Source: a virus (Duplodnaviria; Heunggongvirae; Uroviricota; Caudoviricetes). Taken from it: a DNA stretch of 64,000 nucleotides. The stretch covers positions 39,935 to 103,934 of the IMG/VR virus record IMGVR_UViG_3300046642_001000; one strand, written 5' to 3'. A program made the position numbers and the translations under genes. Of the stretch, positions 1 through 9,237 are shown piece after piece; position 1 is the stretch's first letter, and each line of letters begins with the position of its first letter. Below the pieces are notes generated by a model. That model saw nothing but the letters and a program-made list of their open reading frames with translations. It ran no database searches and was not told the origin of the DNA.

Positions 1-1170
1 TTCATCACAAACCAGACTCCGGCGACGTACGCGTTCTGCATGTACAACCTGCTGAACACGATGTCTGCCGCGGGCTGGAGCATCATGGCCTGGTCGGACG
101 GGACCACTGTCCACAACACCGGGACGATCCCCGGACCGTATCAGGCCGGTCCAGGATCTCCCGATCCCGTCTTCCCGCTGACCGGAACCTTCTCGAACAC
201 CGGAAACACCGGTGCCAACGGGATGGACAACAACAACAGCTGGTGGGTCATGCGTCAGCCGAAGGGGACGGGTTCTGTCGGAGCATACGCCGGAAACCGC
301 ATGCTCGTCTTCCAGCGCGGCACGAACGACACCCTCTGGAGGATCAAGTACTCGGTCGGTCCGCTCGCCGGAATCAGCCACGTTTCTCAGTACCAGTTCG
401 CGAGCGACGCGACCCACACCCCGAGTCTTTTTGCGAGCGTGGTCCAGGACGACGCGACCATCTGCGGTGGCGGTTCGGATGCTTCCCCGACGTTCCAGAC
501 GCTCTTCGGTGCTGGTGCTCCTCAACGTGGAACCAGTCGATTCAACGTCATGGCCAATGACGGTCTGGCATTCGAGACCAGTCCGTTCGCGATCTATGCT
601 GTCGCCTGGAACGCCGGCGCGGGTTTCCCCCCATCGATGGCGTTCATCTTCGAACCGATGACAGCTGGTTCGACTGCTCCCGGAGAAATCGATCCCTTCG
701 TTGTTGGTTGCAGCTCTGTCAGCCCTGGAACCCTCAACGGTTCGCTCTTTCTTTCGACCAGTAACCCAGGCTGTGCATGGATCACGGGAGGTAGCAACAA
801 CGTCACTGGTGCATTCGCCTGGTACAAGTACGGACAGTCGTCGGCAGCAGTGCAGAAGCTGATGCCGCAGATTTTCATATACTGGAATAGCGGTCTGGGG
901 GCTACCGTGTCTGTCCCCGGAAGCTCGGTCACTGGAAACCCCATGTCGACGAACCCAGTCAACTCGGATGACGACCTGTTCCCTATGGCCTACGGACGTC
1001 CTCCCGCGTTCGGCTCGGGACCCGGAGGATACAAGGGTGTCGGTTCGATGATGAAGTGGAACTCGGCGGTGCGTGCGACGGGAGACACCCAGGCGCAGGC
1101 GACGGTCAGAGACCGAATCATCCTTGGATCCGTCAGCGTCCCGTGGGATGCTTCGGTTCCGACGCTCTAG
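1..1170 (+). CDS. Putative virion protein, paralog 1 of 3 (5'-truncated by window edge)
   Basis: Frame is open from base 1 (FITNQTPATYAFCMYNLLNTMSAAGW), aligning with the N-termini of the next two ORFs; shared motifs WSDG, WRIKYS, GGGSDASPTF, DPF, DDLxP, GYKG, RDRI..PWD. Confidence 0.8.
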   Translation, partial: FITNQTPATYAFCMYNLLNTMSAAGWSIMAWSDGTTVHNTGTIPGPYQAGPGSPDPVFPLTGTFSNTGNTGANGMDNNNSWWVMRQPKGTGSVGAYAGNRMLVFQRGTNDTLWRIKYSVGPLAGISHVSQYQFASDATHTPSLFASVVQDDATICGGGSDASPTFQTLFGAGAPQRGTSRFNVMANDGLAFETSPFAIYAVAWNAGAGFPPSMAFIFEPMTAGSTAPGEIDPFVVGCSSVSPGTLNGSLFLSTSNPGCAWITGGSNNVTGAFAWYKYGQSSAAVQKLMPQIFIYWNSGLGATVSVPGSSVTGNPMSTNPVNSDDDLFPMAYGRPPAFGSGPGGYKGVGSMMKWNSAVRATGDTQAQATVRDRIILGSVSVPWDASVPTL

Positions 1171-1179
1171 GGAGAGACC

Positions 1180-2289
1180 ATGCAGCATTTCAATACAAAT
1201 TCGACTCCTAGCAGCTGGGCAGACTGCATGTTCCGGTTCTGGCAGACCCTTGCCAGCGCGGGTTGGCAGACGATCGCTTGGTCGGACGGAACCACCCCGC
1301 ACAACACCCCGATCGCGAATGCATACCCGTATTCTTCGGGAGCCATCGGATTCACGACTGCCGGCGGCGGCACCAACGGGGTCGACAACACTCGTGCCTG
1401 GATGGTCATGCAGCAGCCGCCTTCGAGCGGTGCCCTGACGGTCGGAGGAAACTACGCCGGGACCAGGCAGCTCGTCTGGCAACGTAGCGCCGTCAACAAC
1501 CAGCAATGGCGTATCAAGTACTCGTTCAGCGGTGGTTACACGGCCCCGTCTGTGGCCGGAACCGCGACGAACACCCCCGTCATCAATGCGGGAATCGGAG
1601 ACGAGGCTTACATCGCCGGTGGTGGTTCCGACGCTTCTCCGACGTTCGACCAGGTTTTCGGAGCCGGCACGAACGGCGGTTCTCGTTTGAACGTCATGGC
1701 GGATGACGGGTTCTTTGTCAGTGGTTCGAACTCGTATCCCTACGGATTCTACCTGATTACGTGGACCGCAGGAGCCTCGGCAGGTACTGAGACCGAGCAC
1801 ATGATGGATCCGATGATTTCCGGCAGCGCTCCCGCTGGAGATATCGATCCTTTCGTCTTTCGCCGGATGAGCACGGCCATCAACAACTCGGTCCTGAATC
1901 CTTACACTGCCCAGCAGTTTTTCGGCAGGGCCGCCAATGCTAATGGTGTAGCGCAGTGCTGGTTCAGGCTCCACCTGCAGGGCGCACAGTTCACGGGTCT
2001 GGCAGGAGTCTACTATACCCGAGGAAACAGCAACAACGGATTTCCCAACTCGTATCCCCAGCAGACCGGCGCCAACATAAATTCGAACGAAGACGACTTG
2101 CTTCCCGTGATTATGGCCCGCGGGGCAAGTGTCGGGGGATTCGGCGGATACAAGGGACTGAGCAGCCTCTTGCGGTACACCTCGAGCATCAAGACGACCG
2201 GGACCTCGATGTCTGTCAATTCAAACAGAGACAGACTCGTCGCCAACACGGTCACAGTCCCGTGGGACGGGTCATTGCCGCTGGTCTAG
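1180..2289 (+). CDS. Putative virion protein, paralog 2 of 3
   Basis: 369-aa ORF, SD GGAG upstream, same motif series as neighbours. Confidence 0.85.
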   Translation: MQHFNTNSTPSSWADCMFRFWQTLASAGWQTIAWSDGTTPHNTPIANAYPYSSGAIGFTTAGGGTNGVDNTRAWMVMQQPPSSGALTVGGNYAGTRQLVWQRSAVNNQQWRIKYSFSGGYTAPSVAGTATNTPVINAGIGDEAYIAGGGSDASPTFDQVFGAGTNGGSRLNVMADDGFFVSGSNSYPYGFYLITWTAGASAGTETEHMMDPMISGSAPAGDIDPFVFRRMSTAINNSVLNPYTAQQFFGRAANANGVAQCWFRLHLQGAQFTGLAGVYYTRGNSNNGFPNSYPQQTGANINSNEDDLLPVIMARGASVGGFGGYKGLSSLLRYTSSIKTTGTSMSVNSNRDRLVANTVTVPWDGSLPLV

Positions 2290-2298
2290 GAGATAGAG

Positions 2299-3450
2299 AT
2301 GGCGTTCTTCTTCAATCTAAATCAAACTCCGGCCAACTGGGTCGGATGCATGATGCAGCTCTGGCAGGTCATGGTCTCCGCGGGCTGGACGGTCCTGTCC
2401 TGGTCTGACGGTGCTGTCGGCGGCGGGACGACCCACGGGTCTCCTGGCCAGGGTTTCCTCGGGTTCTCCACGAGCTCGGCCGGAATCCCGAACTCTACCG
2501 CCGGTGTAGTCGGAAGCGCCAACAATCCCGACGCCTGGATCCTCATGCAGCAACCGACGAGCAGCCTGAGTCGCGGTCTTCCTTACGGTGGCACCCGTCA
2601 GTTTACGTTCCAGCAGAGCAACGTGAGCACCCGTACGCAGTGGCGTGTCAAGTACTCCTTGAGCGGTGGGTACTACCCGGTTCCCGGTTCGACGGGTTCC
2701 GTGACCGCCACTCCTTCGATCAACCCCGCCGTCAACGATGAGGTGATCCTCTTCGGCGGTGGTACAGACACGGTCCCGACGTTCGCGAACTGCTTCAACA
2801 ACGGTGGAGCCTGGGAAGGGGCGGTCCGCTGCCACTGTATGGCGGACGACGGGACGGGACCGTCGGGAAGCATCCCGGATTCTCCGTTCTCGTGGCTCAT
2901 GTTCGGAGCGAACCAGGGTGGCAACACCACGGGCATGAACTTCACCGGTTTTCCGATCAACTTCGCGTTCATGTTCGACGCGATGGAGGTCGGCACCGCC
3001 GCGCCGCAGGACCTGGACCCGTTCATCACGTACCAAGAAAACAGCGGCGGAGCTTGGTGTTTCAACAACGGAAACAACAACTGGTCCGCCGCCAGTAACA
3101 ACAGCTCGAACAATCCCAGTGGCTGGATGCGAAAGGGACAGACCAATCAGGCGTTCACCAGACTTCAGGCGCTCATCCCATGGACTGTCGAGACGGCGGC
3201 TCTGCCTGGTTCCATGGGAGGGAACCACATAACCTTCGCCGATGACCTCATTCCTGTCGTGTACACCAGAAACGCCAGCGATGGCGGTCTGACCGGGTAC
3301 AAGGGGATCAGCTCTCTCGTCCGTTGGAACTCTACCACCAGACAGACCAGCGACACCCTGAGCATCTCTCAGCCGGGATTTTCCCGTGACAGGATCATCG
3401 CGGCGCTCGTCAGTCTTCCCTGGGACGGATCATCGGTCCCGGTGATCTAA
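2299..3450 (+). CDS. Putative virion protein, paralog 3 of 3
   Basis: 383-aa ORF, SD AGGAG upstream, same motif series. Confidence 0.85.
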   Translation: MAFFFNLNQTPANWVGCMMQLWQVMVSAGWTVLSWSDGAVGGGTTHGSPGQGFLGFSTSSAGIPNSTAGVVGSANNPDAWILMQQPTSSLSRGLPYGGTRQFTFQQSNVSTRTQWRVKYSLSGGYYPVPGSTGSVTATPSINPAVNDEVILFGGGTDTVPTFANCFNNGGAWEGAVRCHCMADDGTGPSGSIPDSPFSWLMFGANQGGNTTGMNFTGFPINFAFMFDAMEVGTAAPQDLDPFITYQENSGGAWCFNNGNNNWSAASNNSSNNPSGWMRKGQTNQAFTRLQALIPWTVETAALPGSMGGNHITFADDLIPVVYTRNASDGGLTGYKGISSLVRWNSTTRQTSDTLSISQPGFSRDRIIAALVSLPWDGSSVPVI

Positions 3451-3465
3451 GGAAAGGAGGCGTAG

Positions 3466-6400
3466 GTGCTCTCCTACAAGGATACAGTACTCGGCGACGG
3501 TCCGATCCTCTTCTGGAGGCTCGACGAGACCGGTCTTGTGGATCCGGCACACATCTCGGACTCATCCAACAACGGGATGACCGGGACCCTGTATGGAACT
3601 GCCGCCATTGGCACGACCGGGTCTCTCACGTGGAACGAGTACTACACGGGCGTTCCTTCGGGAGCGTTCTTCGCGAACTCCACCTCCCCCGCGCTCATCC
3701 TCAATCCTCGAGACAAGTTCACGGGCTCGTTCGACATCAGTCCGGCCAACCCGACGTTCTCGGTCGAATGGTGGTACAAGCCGGTCTCTTTTTCCAACTT
3801 CAACAACTTCGTCGGTTTCGCCAACTGGGGGTACTTCACCTGTCACAATGACGCGAACGGGGGAATGTACTGCGGCATCCAGATCAGCGAACGCTTCACT
3901 CCTATTGACTGCGCGCAGTTCCGTGTCGGCGGTACCTACCTCATGTCCTTCACATACGACGGCGCGATGGCTCGTATGTACCGGAACGGGGTCAAGATCG
4001 CAGAGAAGACGATGTCCCCGCCGACCCAATGGTCAACCTATCCGGCGGGTGGTTTCAACGGCTGGATGGGTCTCAATTCGACCAACAGCAACGCCTGGAA
4101 CGCGACGTTCGACAACTTCTCCATCTACAAGACCGTCCTGACGGACGCCCAGATCCAGAACCACTACCAGGTCGGGATCTCGGGAACGCAGGTCTACGGG
4201 AGATATGAAAGCGTCATCCAGCTCTCCAACCCGACTGTCTACTATCGTCTGGGTGACGCGTCCGGTTCGAGCCCCAACATCAAGGACCACTCTCAGACGA
4301 ACGGGTTCCCCGGTACATTGGTGGGTGGAGCCAATGGGGTGATGTTCCAGCAGCCCAGCCTGGTGGACGGCAGGGACACCGACGGTGGCATCAGTGGTAC
4401 CTTGGCCGGAAACTCCCCCTACATTCTCACCCCGGCTTCCACCGGCCTCGGTGCCGGTCAGTTCAGCGTCGAGTGGTGGCAGAAGCCGTCGGCATTCCCG
4501 ACGGGCAGTGACATCAACAACACGATCGGAACGGGCTTCACCAAGTTCTTTGCGGGCATGTGCTCCGGTTCTGGCGAGGCTTTCTGCGGCATCAACAGCA
4601 AGGACATGTTCACGGCACGTGATCTCCAGCAAGGGTTCTTCCAGCTGGGACAGGCGGCCCACTATGTCTTCACCTATGACTCCACTTACGGGTACATCGC
4701 GAAGAACGGCAAGATCATTGCTTGGAAGAAGATGCAGCCGTCGGTCGCCTGGGGCGCGAACGGCTTCGCGGTCGGTTCTGGTTCCTGGGCGGGTGAGTAC
4801 GACGAAGTGGCGGTCTACAACAACGCGTTGTTCTACGATGAGATCTACGCGCACTACCTCTATGGTCTGGGAACCGCGTCCCTTCCCGCTCCGTCGATCT
4901 CTGGAGCGCTGGCTTTCAGCGGCTCCGTCTACGGGACGGGCAACAAGATCTTCAATACTGGTGGGTCCTACGTCCTGCTGTCGGGCAGCAACTTCCAGCC
5001 CAACACGAAGGTCTATGTCAGCGGGGTGCAGTGTCAGCCGTTCAACGGCCCTGTAGACCAGAACCCGTCTCGTAATCTCATCGTCGGAAACAACTCGGGC
5101 AAGCGCCAGTTTGCTTCGGTCGCCATCCCGAGTTCGAGCGGAAGCCAACTGCTGTTCTACGCTCCGACGGGAACCCTGGGACCGGCCGACGTGACGATCG
5201 TGAATCCGGACGGCCAGTCGGCGACCGGATCGGCCGCAGTGACCTTCGTGACTGCCTCGGACCCGTATCACGCGCTCGTCATCGCGGACCAACCGAATCT
5301 CTTCTGGAGACTGGACGACGGCTCGGGATCGTACCACCTTCCGAACTACGTCGCCACCGACGCGAACGACGTCATCTACTGGAGGTTCGACGAGGCAGCG
5401 GCTCCGTACCTGAGCACGGGAAACGGAAGCAGCCTCCCCCTGAACCCTCCTCCGACTGTCACGGCGGTCACTTCGACCCTGGGAATCTTCAGTGGCGCGG
5501 TCGCATTCCCTGGACCTCAGAACTCCCCGTACTATCTCGACACGGGTCCGACCGGGACAAACATCTCAGAGAACGCCAACATCACCGCCGGATGCTGGGT
5601 CTATCTCTTTGACTACGGCTTCAACTTCGGAGGAGGATTCGGAAACTTCGCTTCGATCCTTGGAAAGGCCTACCGGCCAGACTCTTCTGTTTGGGCGGCT
5701 CCTTTCTGGACGTGGAACCTCCAGGTTTTGAACGACGCGACCGGTCGACTCTTCGGGCAAGTCTCTGTCGCCGGAACGTCTCACGGCGTCGAATCGAACT
5801 TCGTCATCCCGCTCAGGCAGTGGTGCCACATCGGTCTGACGTATGACGGCACTACCTTGACCCTGTACGGGAACGGTGCACCGGCTCCCCAAGGAACCGT
5901 CGCCGGCGGTGGCGCCATCGACTACAGCGCACACGGTCCGTACCGAGTCGGTGGCGGAAACCCGATCAGCTCAGTTCAGAGTTCGCCGAGCGACAACCTT
6001 CATGGACTGGTCGATGACGTCCGCATCGCCAACATCGTCCGAAATGCGACGTACTTCACCCAGTTCTCTGGTAGCGGAGGACCTTCTACGGTCGCCGACT
6101 GGTCGAACCACGGGTTCACCGGGTCTGTCTTCATCGGAATGCCGAACTTGCTCTGGCAACAGCCGGGACTGATCCGTCCTCCTGCCTTCGGACAGCCGGC
6201 GAACCTGGCGATGACAAACATTGCCAGTGACGCCCCGACTCCATTCATCGCGCATACCGGTGACCCAGCGGGACTTGCGGCCCCGTGCGCCGCCGGGATC
6301 GGGTCGGGATCTGCTCCGAATGCCATCACGAGCTTCTCTGTTGAATGGTGGGCTCGCCGAGACGTGATCCCGCTGGTCGTGCCGGATCGCGTCAACTTCC

Positions 6401-7461
6401 CGTCATACCGTTTCGGTTTTTCGCAGGGACAGTTCCTCTACAACATCACTCGCGCGGATGGGCAGGTGACTGTCGGAACAGATGCTGCTAACTCGATGGT
6501 CATCAACAACTTCGTCGAACCGGTTGTTTCGACGCCATCGAAGGCTCACCACTACTGCTTCACGTTCCAGGACGCCGGAAACCAGACGGGCACGGGAATC
6601 ATCTATCGAGACGGTGTCAGCATCTTGTCGAACAACATCCAGAAGATCCCGACTGGTTGGCAGGCATTCGATGCCACCGGACCGTTCTCGGGAACCTTCG
6701 ATGAAGTCGCTGTCTACCCGTACGCCCTGACGCCAACTCAGGTGGCGAACCACTACTCTACGGGTCTGATCCCCAGCAACGGTGCCACCGAGTCTTATTT
6801 CTACTCCAACTTTGCTCTGAACGAGGGGTTCCCTTTCGGTGGCGGTGCCGAAGACTTCATGTGGCCGAGCCTGAATGTCCCCTCCAATTTCTACACGGGA
6901 TCCATCGGGACCCTGCCGAGCCCAGGATACATCGGCGACCTGATGTGGCCGCTCCTGTCTCCCGTCCAGGAAGGAGCTCCCGGGTTCTTTGGTGCCGAGC
7001 AGCTGTTCGATCTCGTTACCCCATTCCGTCTGCAGGCGATTCAGGGAGCCGGCTTCCTCGATAGCCAGCAGAACGTTCAGTACCTCTGGAACATCGGTTC
7101 GGGGTCCGGTGGCGGCGGCGGAGGAGGGGGCGGGCCTCCGACTCCTCCCGCCCCGGTCATCCAGAACTTCAACCCGGGTGTCGGAATCTCCATCACTTCC
7201 GGAACGATCCTGTCGTTCGACGTGGTCGACGCCAACGGCATCGCTCCCGTCTACGCGGCCATCCTGGCGAACTTCGTCGGTCAGCCGGTCCAGGAGCTCG
7301 TGTACAACAGTGTGAACTTCAACGCCCAGTACTCGAACGTCCACAACACGATCACCCCGATCTCCGGTGGATTCCACTTCACCCTGCTGCGAGATGGTGG
7401 TTGGCCGACCTCGGTTACTTTGACCCCGATCGCCTTCTCGTCGGGCAGCGAGAACACCTAG
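3466..7461 (+). CDS. Multi-LamG (concanavalin A-like lectin) domain tail/adsorption protein with an IPT/TIG-like segment
   Basis: Repeated 'P..(F/Y)WRL(D/G)(E/D)', 'FSVEWW', 'F.G..DEVAVY..AL...QI..HY' LamG patterns; 'GSNFQPNTKVYVSG..TLGPADVTIVNPDGQS' Ig/IPT pattern; strong SD AAGGAGG with GTG start. Confidence 0.8.
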   Translation: MLSYKDTVLGDGPILFWRLDETGLVDPAHISDSSNNGMTGTLYGTAAIGTTGSLTWNEYYTGVPSGAFFANSTSPALILNPRDKFTGSFDISPANPTFSVEWWYKPVSFSNFNNFVGFANWGYFTCHNDANGGMYCGIQISERFTPIDCAQFRVGGTYLMSFTYDGAMARMYRNGVKIAEKTMSPPTQWSTYPAGGFNGWMGLNSTNSNAWNATFDNFSIYKTVLTDAQIQNHYQVGISGTQVYGRYESVIQLSNPTVYYRLGDASGSSPNIKDHSQTNGFPGTLVGGANGVMFQQPSLVDGRDTDGGISGTLAGNSPYILTPASTGLGAGQFSVEWWQKPSAFPTGSDINNTIGTGFTKFFAGMCSGSGEAFCGINSKDMFTARDLQQGFFQLGQAAHYVFTYDSTYGYIAKNGKIIAWKKMQPSVAWGANGFAVGSGSWAGEYDEVAVYNNALFYDEIYAHYLYGLGTASLPAPSISGALAFSGSVYGTGNKIFNTGGSYVLLSGSNFQPNTKVYVSGVQCQPFNGPVDQNPSRNLIVGNNSGKRQFASVAIPSSSGSQLLFYAPTGTLGPADVTIVNPDGQSATGSAAVTFVTASDPYHALVIADQPNLFWRLDDGSGSYHLPNYVATDANDVIYWRFDEAAAPYLSTGNGSSLPLNPPPTVTAVTSTLGIFSGAVAFPGPQNSPYYLDTGPTGTNISENANITAGCWVYLFDYGFNFGGGFGNFASILGKAYRPDSSVWAAPFWTWNLQVLNDATGRLFGQVSVAGTSHGVESNFVIPLRQWCHIGLTYDGTTLTLYGNGAPAPQGTVAGGGAIDYSAHGPYRVGGGNPISSVQSSPSDNLHGLVDDVRIANIVRNATYFTQFSGSGGPSTVADWSNHGFTGSVFIGMPNLLWQQPGLIRPPAFGQPANLAMTNIASDAPTPFIAHTGDPAGLAAPCAAGIGSGSAPNAITSFSVEWWARRDVIPLVVPDRVNFPSYRFGFSQGQFLYNITRADGQVTVGTDAANSMVINNFVEPVVSTPSKAHHYCFTFQDAGNQTGTGIIYRDGVSILSNNIQKIPTGWQAFDATGPFSGTFDEVAVYPYALTPTQVANHYSTGLIPSNGATESYFYSNFALNEGFPFGGGAEDFMWPSLNVPSNFYTGSIGTLPSPGYIGDLMWPLLSPVQEGAPGFFGAEQLFDLVTPFRLQAIQGAGFLDSQQNVQYLWNIGSGSGGGGGGGGGPPTPPAPVIQNFNPGVGISITSGTILSFDVVDANGIAPVYAAILANFVGQPVQELVYNSVNFNAQYSNVHNTITPISGGFHFTLLRDGGWPTSVTLTPIAFSSGSENT

Positions 7462-7470
7462 TTATAGACG

Positions 7471-9222
7471 ATGGGACTTCCTACCTCATACAGCTGGCCG
7501 ATCCCGGTACCGACGGGAAGCGCCCCGCCGCCCCCGTTCAACCCGGGTCCGCCGACGGTGGCGCTGCCGTCGTTCAACGATCCGAGGAAGAAGCAGTTCG
7601 GTTCGGGCATCCGGTTCGCCAACGTCCCGGGTGGCAAGTCGACCAACGCCCAGCAGCTGAACGGCAAGGGGCAGGTCTTCCACGTCAGCACCGTCATCGG
7701 CGCGATGGGTCACGTGGACATGTTCAGCGACAAGAGCGGAGTGGTGCAGAGCCGCCGTCGTGCAAACTTCCGGCCCGTTCCGGCCGCCGTCCGCCACTTC
7801 GAGATCAACGGGTCGGACCGTTTCGGCAACCCGATCACCCCCGGAGTGGGACAGTACCCGCCCGGATTCCAGTTCGTCACCATCGATGACGGGTTCTGGA
7901 ACAATGCCCCGCTCCAGAATGTCATGTTCCCGGTCAGCCGGTACATGGCCCTGCAGCTGACGGGCAGCAACTACATCTTCAAGGCCGGCGGTCTCGACGC
8001 GACGGGTACCCCGTCATCGGGCTCTGAGATCTACAACACGGGTTCGAGCCTCTGGATCAACATCCCTCCGATGCCGGGACCGAAGTCCTACGGGGCGATG
8101 GCGCTCCTGCCGAACGGAGACGTCCTCGTCCTCGGTGGATCGGGAAGCTCGGCGGCAGATTCGACCGCCTCGTTCCACTACAGCCAGACGGCGAGCGTCT
8201 GGTTCCCGACGCCGTTCCTCAGCTCGGCCCTCTGCCCCCGCTACGAGTTCAGCATGATCGCCCTGAACGACGGACGCATCTTCGCTCCCGGTGGATGCGG
8301 TCTTCTTTCCGGAACGAGCCAGTTCACGGGTTCGGAACTCTTCATCCCGTCGGGGACCGGCGGTGTCTACGCCAACCCGCGGGTCGAATACTGGACCGGC
8401 TCGGCCGGTATCCCGCTCTACCCGTTCAACCGGGAAGGCTACTCGCTCACGAAGCTGAACGACGGGACCGTCCTCCTCCTCGGAGGTCATGATCCGCTCA
8501 CCCTGCAACCCTATGCCCATGCCCTCCGGTTCGTCCCGAGCAACATCTCGCTCCCCGGATCGAACGGGAGCTGGGTGGTTGAGCCGTCCATGTCCTTCGC
8601 ACGCTCTGGCCACCGTGCGATCCTTCTGGATGATGGGAAGGTGCTGGTGGCAGGAGGTAATGGGGGGCCGGAGTCGAACCTCGCTGGACGTCTGCCGTGG
8701 CAGGTGGCATCACAGTACGGCGCCCGAGCAGCCATTCCCGATGCCGAGGTGTTCAATCCCGGACCGGGAGTCGGACCGGACGTCGGCTGGAGCGGATCGA
8801 TCTCTACCCATCTCGGAAGCTTCACTGGTTCGGACGGTGGACGTTACATCACCGGTTCGTTCACCTGGTCCCAGCCGCTCATCTACGGGTCTGGTTCTTG
8901 GTCGCAGGCTGGTCAGATGCGGAAAGCCCGCACTCACTTCTCCATGATCGCCCTGAGACACGACGCCGCCGAAGGCCGGGTCCTGGTGGCCGGAGGGTTC
9001 AACGACGAGACCTACCTGAGCGGGGCGGAGATCTTCGACTACGAGCATCGCGGGTGGCACGAGGTCACCCACATGCAGCAGCCGTCGGCCCGCGCCAGAA
9101 TCTTCAACCTGAACCTCGACACCAGCCAGTCCCCGTGGGTCTTCATGATGCCTTCCGGAGAGACGACCGGGTCCCGTCCGAACGCCCTGGCTGGAAGTCA
9201 GGTCTTCCAGACTAACGGGTGA
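7471..9222 (+). CDS. Kelch-repeat (galactose-oxidase-like beta-propeller) protein
   Basis: Kelch motifs 'LLPNGDVLVLGG', 'LNDGRIFAPGG', 'LNDGTVLLLGG', 'RSGHRAILLDDGKVLVAGG', 'GRVLVAGGF...AEIFD'. Confidence 0.85.
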   Translation: MGLPTSYSWPIPVPTGSAPPPPFNPGPPTVALPSFNDPRKKQFGSGIRFANVPGGKSTNAQQLNGKGQVFHVSTVIGAMGHVDMFSDKSGVVQSRRRANFRPVPAAVRHFEINGSDRFGNPITPGVGQYPPGFQFVTIDDGFWNNAPLQNVMFPVSRYMALQLTGSNYIFKAGGLDATGTPSSGSEIYNTGSSLWINIPPMPGPKSYGAMALLPNGDVLVLGGSGSSAADSTASFHYSQTASVWFPTPFLSSALCPRYEFSMIALNDGRIFAPGGCGLLSGTSQFTGSELFIPSGTGGVYANPRVEYWTGSAGIPLYPFNREGYSLTKLNDGTVLLLGGHDPLTLQPYAHALRFVPSNISLPGSNGSWVVEPSMSFARSGHRAILLDDGKVLVAGGNGGPESNLAGRLPWQVASQYGARAAIPDAEVFNPGPGVGPDVGWSGSISTHLGSFTGSDGGRYITGSFTWSQPLIYGSGSWSQAGQMRKARTHFSMIALRHDAAEGRVLVAGGFNDETYLSGAEIFDYEHRGWHEVTHMQQPSARARIFNLNLDTSQSPWVFMMPSGETTGSRPNALAGSQVFQTNG

Positions 9223-9226
9223 GGCC

Positions 9227-9234
9227 TATTTAGA
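9227..9234 (+). promoter_or_regulatory. Candidate late-promoter motif TATTTAGA
   Basis: Exact copy ending 3 nt before ATG 9238; recurs in intergenic gaps. Confidence 0.6.
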
Positions 9235-9237
9235 CCG

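Noticed and set aside
3466-9222. Diversity-generating retroelement targeting the lectin proteins
   Set aside because: No reverse transcriptase and no near-identical template/variable repeat pair visible
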